Assembly (NCBI GenBank): GCA_965240325.2
Contig: OZ251232.1
Span: forward strand, 1,860,001 to 1,924,000
Length of the DNA stretch: 64,000 nucleotides
Direction of reading: 5' to 3'
Origin: Rebecca billardiae RCC1528
Taxonomy: Eukaryota > Protista > Haptophyta
Position 1 is the first letter of the stretch. Each line of letters starts with the position of its first letter. Positions 36,051-48,784 of this stretch are shown here, in pieces. The position numbers were made by a program, and so were the translations under genes. Under the pieces are notes generated by a model that made no database searches, had not been told where the DNA came from, and was given only the letters and a program-made list of their open reading frames with translations.

Positions 36051-36879
36051 GTGGAATCAGCCAGGTTTGGCGCTCTGCAGTGGCGGATGCCAGCTGAAAC
36101 TGGGGCTTTTGGCCCAGTTTGCGATGGCACAGTGGGGGGCTTCGCGGGTCAGTAAACTGGGGAAAAGCCTCAGTTTCAGATGGCACGCGCCCACTGCGGC
36201 CGTGCCATCGCAAACTGGGCCGAATCGCCCAGTTTGCGTGTGCACGGGGACGCACTGCGGCCGGCTGCAACTTGGCTCAGCATGGGGCAGCTGTCCACAG
36301 CCCAGGCGGGGCGTCACCGCCTGCGGGCCGCCGGTGGGCAGGGCGGACGGCGTCGCAGAGCTCATGCGTGGGAGCAGCGCGTTGAGGAGGCAACCAAGGT
36401 CGAGAAGGAGGGGGCAAGGCCGGCAAGCAGCAGGGCCACCGGTACGTTCCGGTACATGCCTCCACACCGGTGCACATCACCCTTGCTCGCGGCCGTGACC
36501 TGTGCTGCCAAACACCTCATCATCGCCCACCTTGCAGTGACGGCCGAGCTAGGGCGAACACTCACAGGCACCGAACACGCATCGGCGGTGCCCACTGGTG
36601 CTGGCATGCTGTCCTCTACTTGCTGTCGGACAGCAAGGAGGCGGCACCGCCGCAGCTGCGAGCGGGTGAGGTGCTGCTCTGCTCAGCGAGGCTGAGAGGC
36701 TGAGCACGGATCACGGATGGTGAGCCCTGGTCTCGCAACGCATCCAGGAGAGCAGTTGGTGCATAACTGTGCTCAGACGTGCAGGACCAACCATCCGGTG
36801 CTGCTTCAAGCACCCGCGCCAACAGCGGCGGTACTCAACTCCACGCTGCTCATGCGGCCGCACAGCTGCGGGGATGGTA

Positions 36880-39560
36880 CCACGGCGGGCGGCGGCGGTC
36901 GACGCAGCTGTCAGCTCGGCGGTGCGCGCCCGAGGGGCCTAGGTGACGAACGCGCCGAGCGCGGTGTCGCTGCTCGCTTCGCCCAGCGCGCGCGAGCCGC
37001 TGCCATCGGGTGCCGCTGGGCACGCGCCCAGCTCGGGCTGCAGCAGCTGCACTCGACTCCGCGCCGAGTGCGGCGGCAGCAGCAGGGATGGTGCCACGGC
37101 GGGCTGCGGCAGTCGCTGGAGGTGGCAGCTCGGTGGTGCGCGCCCGATGAGCCTGGGCGCTGGGCGCACCGAGCGCGGTGACGCTGCTCGCCTCGCCCAG
37201 CGCGCTCGAGCCGCTGTCACCAGGCGCTGCTGCGCCCGCGCCCAGCTTGGGCAGCAGCAGCTGCGCTCGACTCCGCGCCGAGTGCGGCGGCAGCAGCAGG
37301 GATGGTGCCACGGCGGGCGGCGGCGGTCGACGCAGCTGTCAGCTCGGCGCTGCGCGCCCGAGGGGTCTAGGTGACGAACGCGCCGAGCGCGGTGTCGCTG
37401 CTCGCTTCGCCCAGCGCGCGCGAGCCGCTGCCATCGGGTGCCGCTGGGCACGCGCCCAGCTTGGGCAGCAGCAGCTGCGCTCGACTCCGCGCCGAGTGCG
37501 GCGGCAGCAGCAGGGATGGTGCCACGGCGGGCGGCGGCAGTCGCTGGAGGTGGCAGCTCGGTGGTGCGCGCCCGATGAGCCTGGGCGCTGGGCGCACCGA
37601 GCGCGGTGACGCTGCTCGCCTCGCCCAGCGCGCTGGAGCCGCTGCCTCCGGGCGCCGCTGCGCCCGCGCCCAGCTTGGGCAGCAGCAGCTGCGCTCGACT
37701 CCGCGCCGAGTGCGGCGGCAGCAGCAGGGATGGTGCCACGGCGGGCTGCGGCGGTCGCTGCAGCTGAAAGCTCGTTGGTGTCTGCCCGATGGGCCTGGGC
37801 GCTGGGCGCACCGAGCGCGGTGACGCTGCTCGCCTCGCCCAGCGCGCTCGAGCCGCTGTCACCAGGCGCTGCTGCGCCCGCGCCCAGCTTGGGCAGCAGC
37901 AGCTGCGCTCGACTCCGCACCGAGTGCGGCGGCAGCAGCAGGGATGGTGCCACGGCGGGCTGCGGCAGTCGCTGGAGGTGGCAGCTCGGTGGTGCGCGCC
38001 CGATGAGCCTGGGCGCTGGGCGCACCGAGCACGGTGACGCTGCTCGCCTCGCCCAGCGCGCTGGAGCCGCTGCCATCGGGCGCTGCTGCGCCCGCGCCCA
38101 GCTTGGGCAGCAGCAGCTGCGCTCGACTCCGCGCCGAGTGCGGCGGCAGCAGCAGGGATGGTGCCACGGCGGGCTGCGGCGGTCGCTGCAGCTGAAAGCT
38201 CGTTGGTGTCTGCCCGATGGGCCTGGGCGCTGGGCGCACCGAGCGCGGTGACGCTGCTCGCCTCGCCCAGCGCGCTCGAGCCGCTGTCACCAGGCGCTGC
38301 TGCGCCCGCGCCCAGCTTGGGCAGCAGCAGCTGCGCTCGACTCCGCGCCGAGTGCGGCGGCAGCAGCAGGGATGGTGCCACGGCGGGCGGCGGCGGTCGA
38401 CGCAGCTGTCAGCTCGGCGCTGCGCGCCCGAGGGGCCTAGGTGACGAACGCGCCGAGCGCGGTGTCGCTGCTCGCTTCGCCCAGCGCGCGCGAGCCGCTG
38501 CCATCGGGTGCCGCTGGGCACGCGCCCAGCTTGGGCAGCAGCAGCTGCGCTCGACTCCGCGCCGAGTGCGGCGGCAGCAGCAGGGATGGTGCCACGGCGG
38601 GCGGCGGCAGTCGCTGGAGGTGGCAGCTCGGTGGTGCGCGCCCGATGAGCCTGGGCGCTGGGCGCACCGAGCGCGGTGACGCTGCTCGCCTCGCCCAGCG
38701 CGTTCGAGCCGCTGCCTCCGGGCGCCGCTGCGCCCGCGCCCAGCTTGGGCAGCAGCAGCTGCGCTCGACTCCGCACCGAGTGCGGCGGCAGCAGCAGGGA
38801 TGGTGCCACGGCGGGCTGCGGCAGTCGCTGGAGGTGGCAGCTCGGTGGTGCGCGCCCGATGAGCCTGGGCGCTGGGCGCACCGAGCACGGTGACGCTGCT
38901 CGCCTCGCCCAGCGCGCTGGAGCCGCTGCCATCGGGCGCTGCTGCGCCCGCGCCCAGCTTGGGCAGCAGCAGCTGCGCTCGACTCCGCGCCGAGTGCGGC
39001 GGCAGCAGCAGGGATGGTGCCACGGCGGGCTGTGGCAGTCGCTGGAGGTGGCAGCTCGGTGGTGCGCGCCCGATGAGCCTGGGCGCTGGGCGCACCGAGC
39101 GCGGTGACGCTGCTCGCCTCGCCCAGCGCGCTGGAGCCGCTGCCATCGGGCGCTGCTGCGCCCGCGCCCAGCTTGGGCAGCAGCAGCTGCGCTCGACTCC
39201 GCGCCGAGTGCGGCGGCAGCAGCAGGGATGGTGCCGCGGCGGGCTGCGGCAGTCGCTGGAGGTGGCAGCTCGGTGGTGCGCGCCCGATGAGCCTGGGCGC
39301 TGGGCGCACCGAGCGCGGTGACGCTGCTCGCCTCGCCCAGCGCGCTGGAGCCGCTGCCATCGGGCGCTGCTGCGCCCGCGCCCAGCTTGGGCAGCAGCAG
39401 CTGCGCTCGACTCCGCGCCGAGTGCGGCGGCAGCAGCAGGGATGGTGCCACGGCGGGCTGTGGCAGTCGCTGGAGGTGACAGCTCGGTGGTGCGCGCCCG
39501 AGGAGCCTGGGCGCTGGGCGCACCGAGCGCGTGACGCTGCTCGCCTCGCCCATCGCGCTG
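36880..39560. repeat. 214-bp tandem array (left arm)
   Basis: GCCGAGTGCGGCGGCAGCAGCAGGGATGG recurs at 37063, 37277, 37491, 37705 and onward. Confidence 0.93.
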
Positions 39561-40175
39561 GTGAGCCGCGGCCACCCGGCGCTGCGCTGTCTGCGCGCGG
39601 CCGGAGCAGCTGCAGCAGCTCAGATCAGCACCGTCGCGACTGCTCGGTCGATGCGTATGATGAACTAGAAGAGTGACGACGATGAATTCGTCTCGTCATG
39701 TGCTGCTCATAATCAGCAATATATAAATGCGCGCGCGCGGCTTATTGACGAGCAGAGTTCTAGCTCCGGACTGACTCATCAAATAGTCACTACCGGATAG
39801 TATATCCCGCGGCGGGGCCGGCGGGCGTCAATCGGCCCCCCGGATCATTGAGTGCTGACTGTGACTGCGGTCGCGGACGTGATTATGATGACGACATGAT
39901 ACGAGAAGTCGTAGAGGCGGTAGTAGACTTGTACGGATAGCACTTACAGTAGCAGTCGGATGATGACGGGCGGGCTCCGATCACGGACACCGGCCGCGAC
40001 TACGGTAATGATGATGATGATGACTGCTGATTGAATGTTGATGTGATGCCGACGATGACTGTATCGCGCCGACGATACGGTCCAACTATGACCGGCCGGG
40101 CCGTGCGCGGCAGACCGGTCAATATCCGACGGCGACGCGACTCATCATCGTCAGTATATATATATATATATATAT

Positions 40176-42154
40176 GTGTAATCTTTTCTGAGGATAGCGC
40201 ACCAGCAATTTCCCTTGACCGCCATCCGGGCCGAAGTGGCGCAAAATGGCGGATGCCCCGTTTGGGCGCCCTTCCGCGCCTTCGAGCGGCTCGTGCGCGT
40301 CGGGAAGTGCGCCGAAGCGTATCCGGAGCATGCTCCATCGACGCGTCGCACTGTTGGGCCCTCGCATGCGAGCCCATGCCAACGTCTGAGTGCGCCTCGC
40401 TGCGCACGGTACAGCTTGACGGTACACGGCACGATTCGGGTCGCGAGCAGCCTCGTGCGCGCGACCGAGCCAGAGGTGGTCGTCACGAGTAGCACGAGCG
40501 GCGGCACACGAGCGGGGCTGGTCATTGCCGAATATCTGACGCACCAATCGACCTCGCCCAGCGCTATCTGCTCGTTTGTGCACGTGTTGGAAAGGATGAG
40601 CAGCTGCCTGCAAACGCCGAGCGCACAGATGAGGCGTGGGCGAGCGAAGGGGCGGCGAGGGCCGGCGCGTGCGCGCGCGTAAATTCGAGCCTAACTATCC
40701 GCATCGAAACACACCACGCTCGCTCGTCGAGCTGCGCATGGGCATCGGTGCGCGCGCGCCAACGCGGCGCGCCGTGCGCGCGCCTGGCGGCTGCACACGT
40801 GCTCGCGCGCGCAGGCGTGCGTGATGGACCGAGGAGGTCGCGCGAGCATGCGCGATGTGTCTGGATGAAGCGTGTAGGAGGTGGAGGCTGCGCTCCGCAC
40901 GCGCTCCGCCACCGTGCACCGCGCTGCCCCTCGTCCACGCGATCGCCGCCGAGCCCAGATTCAAACGCGCGCGAGCCTGCGAGCGCGCCTTCGAGCAGCG
41001 CTTGCAGCAATCGTGTCGAAGGCATGGCGAGAGGCAGATGTGCATGGCAAGTAGCGCAATGGGGGTGCCCATCACGCGCACACACCCGCGCATGCTCGCC
41101 GCACCACCTCGTCGCGCCCACGTTCAGCGCGCGGGGCGCGCTTCGCACCCCGAGCAGCCCTCGGGCAGCTGCTGCGCGCGGCGCGCGCGGCGAGTAGAAC
41201 TCAGCCAATGGTCCGAGGGCGAGCCGGCTGAGCGTCGTGCGTGACGCACACGGATCTGGTGCAACGCAGCGTACCACTCGCAGCCTCCATCGCGCCCGTA
41301 CTAGCGAGCTGTGGCCGCCGCCGACATCGAAAAGCAGCCCAGCCGTCAGCCCATGACAGCCGACAAGCGCGCGACGCGCGCGTCCACCACCGTGATGAGC
41401 ACGGATGAGCGCGCGCGCCCGTGTCGTAGCTCAGGTGGGGTCCCCCGATCGCACGCACCACCGCGCTGCCACGTCTGCACCCGCCTTGTGGCACCACCCG
41501 GGCACGCGCCGGGCAGGCGGCAGAGCCGCCTGCTCGGCAAACGGTCAGCGCGCAGCGAGGATGGAGTCCGGCGAGGGGCGACCGGAGTGTCCGGCGCGAC
41601 GGAGGTGATCCACGCCGTGGTCGCCGACGCGTTCCTCACCACCTCCGAGGCCGTGGTAGCCGCCCGGGAGAAGGAATGCTCCCAATCGCACCCTGTGCAG
41701 TGCTCCTTTGCGCGTGCATCATGAGCCACACTGAGATTTCGTTAGCTGGCCCGAATCCGATGATCCGGTTATTCGCCCGGCAATCGTTGCATCGCGGACT
41801 ATCGGGCCAGCTAACCCTTTCCGTGTGCAGCCGTGCCGCGCGCGGGAGCTCGGCCACATGCGGCTCTTTGCACATGTGCTGCAGATCGGCTCGTGCTCGA
41901 CGAGCGCGGCGAGGACGAAGGTGCGCGCTCGCGAGCTGGCGCACCTGGGTGTCCTCGCGGCCTCCGAGCAGAAAGAGCGCGTCGAGCGCCGCGCCGCAGG
42001 TCGCACGGTCGCGATCTCGCGAGCGCGGTCGTGCGAGGGCGGGCCTCTCCATCGCGCGTTTCTGCGTCCAAACGCGGCCTCCGTAAATTGGTAAAATCCG
42101 GATGGCGGTCAAGGGAAATTGCTGGTGCGCTATCCTCAGAATAAAAGTTTAATC
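40176..42154 (-). mobile_element. 2-kb TIR element in (TA)n with a decayed KDZ-like motif, nested in the foldback centre
   Basis: Perfect 44-bp TIR 40186-40229 / 42098-42141 extends imperfectly to the TA tracts. Frameshifted minus-strand MHA-KEHCTGCDWEHSFSR-GYHGLGGGEE..WITSVAP at ~41590-41725. Confidence 0.7.
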
Positions 42155-42499
42155 ATATATATATATATATATATATAGAAGTTCTCACTCTGGCCGCACC
42201 GTCAGTCATATGGCACTCTGCCGTGATCAGTCGAGCGCGTGACGGACACAGTTCCGTATAAGGCTCGTCAGAGTAGTCACTCAACGGTCAGACCACGGCG
42301 CCACTCGGTCGCCATGACCGATGACGCCGCCTCGCCGGCTGCTGCTGCTGCCTGCGGCCCGGCACAAGCGACTCGCTCAGCTACTTCATACGCAGCGACC
42401 GAGCAGCAGTCGCGGTAGTAATCTGCTGAGCAGCAGCAGTTAATCACCGCCAGCCTGCTGCTGCTGCTGCCTGCCACGACACGGCACGCGGCGTGGAGT

Positions 42500-45020
42500 C
42501 GAGCCGGCAGAGTCTGCAGCTGCCCGGGCGGTGCAGCAGCATCAGATGGCAGCGGCTCGAGCGCGGTGGGCGAGGCGAGCAGCGTCAGCGCGCTCTGTGC
42601 GTCCAGCGCCCAGGCCCCTGGGGCACGAACCGCCGGGGTGTCAGCTCCAGCGACCGCCGCCGGCCGCCGTGGCACCATCCTTGCTGCTACCGCCGCACGC
42701 GGTGGGAAGTCGAGCGCAGCTGCTGCTGCCCAAGCGGGGCGCAGGCGCAGCAGCATCGGATGGCAGCGGCTCCAGCGCGCTGCGGGAAGCGAGCGGCGTC
42801 ACCGCGCTCAGTGCGCCAAACGCCTAGCCCCCTCGGGCACGCACCGCCGGGCTTTGAGCTCCAGCGACCGCCGCCGCCAGCCGTGGCACCATCCCTGCTG
42901 CTGCTGCCGCACGCGGCGCGGAGTTGAGCGCATCTGCTGCTGCCCCGGCTGGGCGCGGGCGCAGCAGCGCCCGATGACAGCGGCTCCAGCGCGAGAGGAG
43001 AGGCGAGCGGCGTCACCGCGCTCGGTGCGCCCAGCGTCCAGGCCCATCGGGCAGGCACCAACGAGCTTTCAGCTGCAGCGACCGCCGCCGCCCGCCGTGG
43101 CACCATCCCTGCTGCTGCCGCCGCACTCGGCGCGGAGTCGAGCGCAGCTGCTGCTGCCCCGGCTGGGCGCGGGAGCAGCAGCGCCCGATGACAGCGGCTC
43201 CAGCGCGCTGGGCGAGGCGAGCAGCGTCACCGTGCTCGGTGCGCCCAGCGCCCAGGCTCCTCGGGCGCGCACCACCGAGCTGCCACCTCCAGCGACTGCC
43301 GCAGCCCGCCGTGGCACCATCCCTGCTGCTGCCGCCGCACTCGGCGCGGAGTCGAGCGCAGCTGCAGCTGCCCCGGCTGGGCGCGGGCGCAGCAGCGCCC
43401 GATGGCAGCGGCTCCAGCGCGCTGGGCGAGGCGAGCAGCGTCACCGTGCTCGGTGCGCCCAGCGCCCAGGCTCCTCGGGCGCGCACCACTGAGCTGCCAG
43501 CTCCAGCGACTGCCGCAGCCCGCCGTGGCACCATCCCTGCTGCTGCCGCCGCACTCGGCGCGGAGTCGAGCGCAGCTGCTGCTGCCCAAGCTGGGCGCGG
43601 GCGCAGCAGCGCCCGATGGCAGCGGCTCCAGCGCGCTGGGCGAGGCGAGCAGCGTCACCGCGCTCGGTGCGCCCAGCGCCCAGGCTCATCGGGCGCGCAC
43701 CACCGAGCTGCCACCTCCAGCGACTGCCGCAGCCCGCCGTGGCACCATCCCTGCTGCTGCCGCCGCACTCAGCGCGGAGTCGAGCGCAGCTGCTGCTGCC
43801 CAAGCTGGGCGCGGGCGCAGCGGCGCCCGGAGGCAGCGGCTCGAACGCGCTGGGCGAGGCGAGCAGCGTCACCGCGCTCGGTGCGCCCAGCGCCCAGGCT
43901 CATCGGGCGCGCACCACCGAGCTGCCACCTCCAGCGACTGCCGCAGCCCGCCGTGGCACCATCCCTGCTGCTGCCGCCGCACTCGGCGCGGAGTCGAGCG
44001 CAGCTGCTGCTGCCCCGGCTGGGCGCGGGAGCAGCAGCGCCCGATGACAGCGGCTCCAGCGCGCTGGGCGAGGCGAGCAGCGTCACCGTGCTCGGTGCGC
44101 CCAGCGCCCAGGCTCCTCGGGCGCGCACCACCGAGCTGCCACCTCCAGCGACTGCCGCAGCCCGCCGTGGCACCATCCCTGCTGCTGCCGCCGCACTCGG
44201 CGCGGAGTCGAGCGCAGCTGCAGCTGCCCCGGCTGGGCGCGGGCGCAGCAGCGCCCGATGGCAGCGGCTCCAGCGCGCTGGGCGAGGCGAGCAGCGTCAC
44301 CGTGCTCGGTGCGCCCAGCGCCCAGGCTCCTCGGGCGCGCACCACTGAGCTGCCAGCTCCAGCGACTGCCGCAGCCCGCCGTGGCACCATCCCTGCTGCT
44401 GCCGCCGCACTCGGCGCGGAGTCGAGCGCAGCTGCTGCTGCCCAAGCTGGGCGCGGGCGCAGCAGCGCCCGATGGCAGCGGCTCCAGCGCGCTGGGCGAG
44501 GCGAGCAGCGTCACCGCGCTCGGTGCGCCCAGCGCCCAGGCTCATCGGGCGCGCACCACCGAGCTGCCACCTCCAGCGACTGCCGCAGCCCGCCGTGGCA
44601 CCATCCCTGCTGCTGCCGCCGCACTCAGCGCGGAGTCGAGCGCAGCTGCTGCTGCCCAAGCTGGGCGCGGGCGCAGCGGCGCCCGGAGGCAGCGGCTCGA
44701 ACGCGCTGGGCGAGGCGAGCAGCGTCACCGCGCTCGGTGCGCCCAGCGCCCAGGCTCATCGGGCGCGCACCACCGAGCTGCCACCTCCAGCGACTGCCGC
44801 AGCCCGCCGTGGCACCATCCCTGCTGCTGCCGCCGCACTCGGCGCGGAGTCGAGTGCAGCTGCTGCAGCCCGAGCTGGGCGCGTGCCCAGCGGCACCCGA
44901 TGGCAGCGGCTCGCGCGCGCTGGGCGAAGCGAGCAGCGACACCGCGCTCGGCGCGTTCGTCACCTAGGCCCCTCGGGCGCGCACCGCCGAGCTGACAGCT
45001 GCGTCGACCGCCGCCGCCCG
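42500..45020. repeat. 214-bp tandem array (right arm, inverted)
   Basis: Reverse complement of the left-arm unit. Confidence 0.93.
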
Positions 45021-45939
45021 CCGTGGTACCATCCCCGCAGCTGTGCGGCCGCATGAGCAGCGTGGAGTTGAGTACCGCCGCTGTTGGCGCGGGTGCTTGA
45101 AGCAGCACCGGATGGTTGGTCCTGCACGTCTGAGCACAGTTATGCACCAACTGCTCTCCTGGATGCGTTGCGAGACCAGGGCTCACCATCCGTGATCCGT
45201 GCTCAGCCTCTCAGCCTCGCTGAGCAGAGCAGCACCTCACCCGCTCGCAGCTGCGGCGGTGCCGCCTCCTTGCTGTCCGACAGCAAGTAGAGGACAGCAT
45301 GCCAGCACCAGTGGGCACGGTCGATGCGTGTTCGGTGCCTGTGAGTATTCGCCTTAGCTCGGCCGTCACTGCATGGTGGGCGATGATGAGATAAGTGCCA
45401 GCACAGGTCACGGCCGCGAGCAAGGGTGATGTGCACCGGTGTGGAGGCATGTACGAACGTACCGGTGGCCCCTGCTGCTTGCCGGCCTTGCCCCCTCCTT
45501 CTCGACCTTGGTTGCCTCCTCAACGCGCTGCTCCCACGCATGAGCTCTGCGACGCCGTCCGCCCTGCCCACCGGCGGCCCGCAGGCGGTGACGCCCCGCC
45601 TGGGCTGTGGACAGCTGCCCCATGCTGAGCCAAGTTGCAGCCGGCCGCAGTGCGTCCCCGTGCACACGCAAACTGGGCGATTCGGCCCAGTTTGCGATGG
45701 CACGGCCGCAGTGGGCGCGTGCCATCTGAAACTGAGGCTTTTCCCCAGTTTACTGACCCGCGAAGCCCCCCACTGTGCCATCGCAAACTGGGCCAAAAGC
45801 CCCAGTTTCAGCTGGCATCCGCCACTGCAGAGCGCCAAACCTTATTGGTGGAATAGTCCCCCTCGGGGCACGATGGCGCCGGAAAAGCCTTGCCGCGCCT
45901 CGTGTGCCCCCGGACGGCGCCGCGTTGCCAGGAGGGACG

Positions 45940-48292
45940 ATGGCCCCGGTCGGCTCTCGGCCTAGCCGGGATCGCGGGAGCAGCGCGACGTGCAGGTGCC
46001 TGACAGGCGCGTGCAAGCGGCTAAACCTACGCGCCGCGTGTCTGGCAGTCTCTCTGCCGCGGCGCACCGCCGACGTCGACATCAGCAGGGCATGGCTGAA
46101 GACACATCTCGGCTACTCCGTCTTGATGTCGGGGCTGAGCGCATCTCAAGTCGGCGCCCGTCTTGAGGCGGTCATGAGCGCGGAGGAGAAGAACCCGCGC
46201 CTGTGCGTCTTCCACTTCCCGCTCGAGGGCCTCGATGTCGACGAGGAGCGGCTTTCGATCGCGCTCAAGCGTGGCAGCGACAGCCGCGTCCTCGCCTGCG
46301 TGCAGCCCTCGGTGCCGTCGGCGGTCGTGCGAGCACGCGCTGCGCGGTACGAGCTGCTCCTGCGGGACGAGACGCTGTCGTCGTTCGAGCGGGTGAGGCG
46401 TGCACTGCAGGTCACCGAGGTGGAGGCGCCGGTGCCACGCGAGGCCCCGCTCGCCCGTCGGAAGTCGGTCGCGGCTGCCCGGCTGCTCGGCACGCCGCCG
46501 CCGCCGTCTGGCGCGCTGCGCCGCCGCCGCGGTCGCGATTCGCCATCCGGGCCGGCGTCTCCCGCTGCCACGCCGCCTCCGGCGCGCGCGGTGCGGCCGA
46601 ACGGGACGACGCCCGGCTGGCTCAGCGCGCGCCGTCGCGGCGCCGAGGCGCTCGTCGCTGAGGAGGAGCTGCGGAAGCGGGTCGCGGCCCTTGAGCTGCA
46701 GGTCGGGGACTTGACCACCAAGTGGACCGATGCGGTCAAGAGGGCGGAGGCAGCCGAGCTGGAGAACGCGAGGCTGCGCGCCGAGCTCGCCGCGGAGCAC
46801 GAGCTGCGGGTGCGGCTGGCGAAGGAGGCCGAGTTGCTCGCCGCCCAGCTGGACGAGGCGCGGGGCTCCTACCGCGGCGTGCGCGCGAAGATGCTGTACA
46901 AGGAGCTGCGCGGCGCTTGCAACGCGATGACCGGCTTTGAGCGCCCGGAGACCTTCTTCGAATGGTTCGATGTCGTGATGAACAAGAAGGGCACGCGCCA
47001 GCGCGGCGTCGCCAGCAGGCTGAAGTACTTCCGGGCGTGCGACGACCTGCCGGAGGAGCTGCGCGCGCGCAAGGTGGGCATCTTCTGTGGCACGGCGGCC
47101 GCGCGTGGTGTTGCTGCCGCTGCTGCACCGGCTCCTGCGGCCGACCCGGCGGCCGACTCGGCCACGCCGCCCGCCGCGCCGCCCGCCGCGCCGCCCGCCG
47201 CGCCGCCCGCCGCGCCGCCCGCCGCGCCGCCCGCCGCGCCGCCCGTCGCCGCTTCGTCTGCTGCGCTGCCCGCCGCCGCCGCGCCTGCCGCGTCGCCTGC
47301 CGCCGCTCCTCCGGCCGCGCAGTCGCGCTCGAAGGCTCGCCGCGGCGGGCCGGCTCGGCTGTGCAGCTTTGCGCCTGCTGGCCTCACGCCGATCGACGCG
47401 TGTCTGCTCGCCCTGTACGTGGCGCGTTCGGGCGTGTCGATGGAGCTCGCTGCCGCGCAGTTCCAGATCGGCGTGGGGCCGTGCTCAGAGATCTGCACGA
47501 CGTGGTGGATCTACATGCACACCGAGCTCGAGCGCGAGCACCCGTGGCCCACGGCGAAGGAGGTGGCCCGCACGCGGCCGGACGCCTTCAGCAAGCTGGG
47601 CGCGGAGCATGCTCGCCTGGTCATCGACTGCACGGAGCTCGAGATCGAGGCACCGAACGACCCGCTCGTGCGCAAGCTGTACTGGTACGTGCGGGCACGG
47701 CGCCGCGCCCGGCGCGCGGCTCGCGTCCCGCATCGCCACCGGCTGGAGTTCAGCGCTGACTTCCGCGCGTGTGCGTGTGCGCGCGCTCGCGCGCCGCGCC
47801 GCGCGCACGCGCAGGTCCGAGTACAAGCAGAGGTACACCGTGAAGATCCTAGTCGGCATCTCGCCGTGTGGGATGATCACGTACGTGTCCGAGGCGTTCC
47901 CTGGCTCCATCACGGACTTCAAGATCGTCGAGGCGACCGGCATGCTTGACATGCTCGAGCGCGGTGACGCCATCATGGCTGACCGCGGCTTCAAGATCTG
48001 GCGGCTTACCATCCCGCGCGGGCAGCGCCTCATCGTGCCGGCGTGCACGTTCATGGGGAAGGGCGGCCGGGAAGCTCTCCCTATGACCAGCCAGGAGGGT
48101 CTGCGCACGTACCAGATCGCCAACATGCGCATCCACGTCGAGCGTGCCATGAAGGAGATCAAGCTGGGCTGGCGCATGCTGCACAGCGACCTGCCGCGCG
48201 CGCGCGTCCGGCTCATCTCGGCGCTCGTCGGTATCTGCGCGCGCATGTCGTCGGCTCACTGCCCCGTGCAGCCTGGCAAGTGGGTGCGTTAG
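45940..48292 (+). CDS. THAP-like + coiled coil + HTH + DDE_Tnp_4 transposase, join(45940..47684,47815..48292), 740 aa
   Basis: THAP pattern CRCLTGAC..LP..AWL..RLCVFHF. Catalytic motifs VIDCTE, MADRGF and RIHVERA, plus YWSEYKQRYTVKILVGISPCG. Removing intron 47685-47814 gives an intact frame (2223 nt). Confidence 0.92.
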
Positions 48293-48784
48293 CGCGGCTT
48301 TAAATATGGTGTCCGAGGTTATCCGAGTTGTTCGGGGTTTTCCACGCTGAGAGCCACTGGAAAAAGAGACCCACACTGGGATTTCCGGATAAACAAACCC
48401 TCCTTGAGTTCCAATCTACAGCCTGAACAGTTGACTCGAGCTTTCTAGAGATGTCTCGTCAACTTCTACACGACTAGTGATGTCCGTCCGCCGCCTCCAG
48501 TTTTCCTATCCAAGCTGCACACGTACTATCAATTTAAAGTTAATTTGTCAACGACTAAGTGCTGAACCGATTTCATCAACTTTGTTATTTGCAGTTGCAA
48601 TCCCCGGACTTGAGGTCAGAATTCGCTGTGCGTGTTGTGATGTCTGGAAGCTCGTCTCATCGTTTCGTGTCCGTCTGTTCGGCCATTGCCCAGAGCAGGC
48701 ACACACTCAGCAGGAACTCGCGTTCCGCATCGTCGTCAGGAGCTCACGCACCACACACATCCAAAGCGCTTACACGCCGCTATC

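Larger units (their letters stand above)
36058..45847. mobile_element. 9.8-kb foldback element with CA...TG ends, multi-kb inverted arms and a 7-bp TSD GTGGAAT (P/Galileo-like architecture)
   Basis: 36063-~36880 is the reverse complement of ~45020-45842, continued inward by inverted 214-bp arrays. GTGGAAT lies at 36051-36057 and 45848-45854. No transposase is present. Confidence 0.75.

Noticed and set aside
36850-45056. Repetitive ORFs in the foldback arms
   Set aside because: The 214-bp unit is not a multiple of 3 and the same peptides cycle through all frames.
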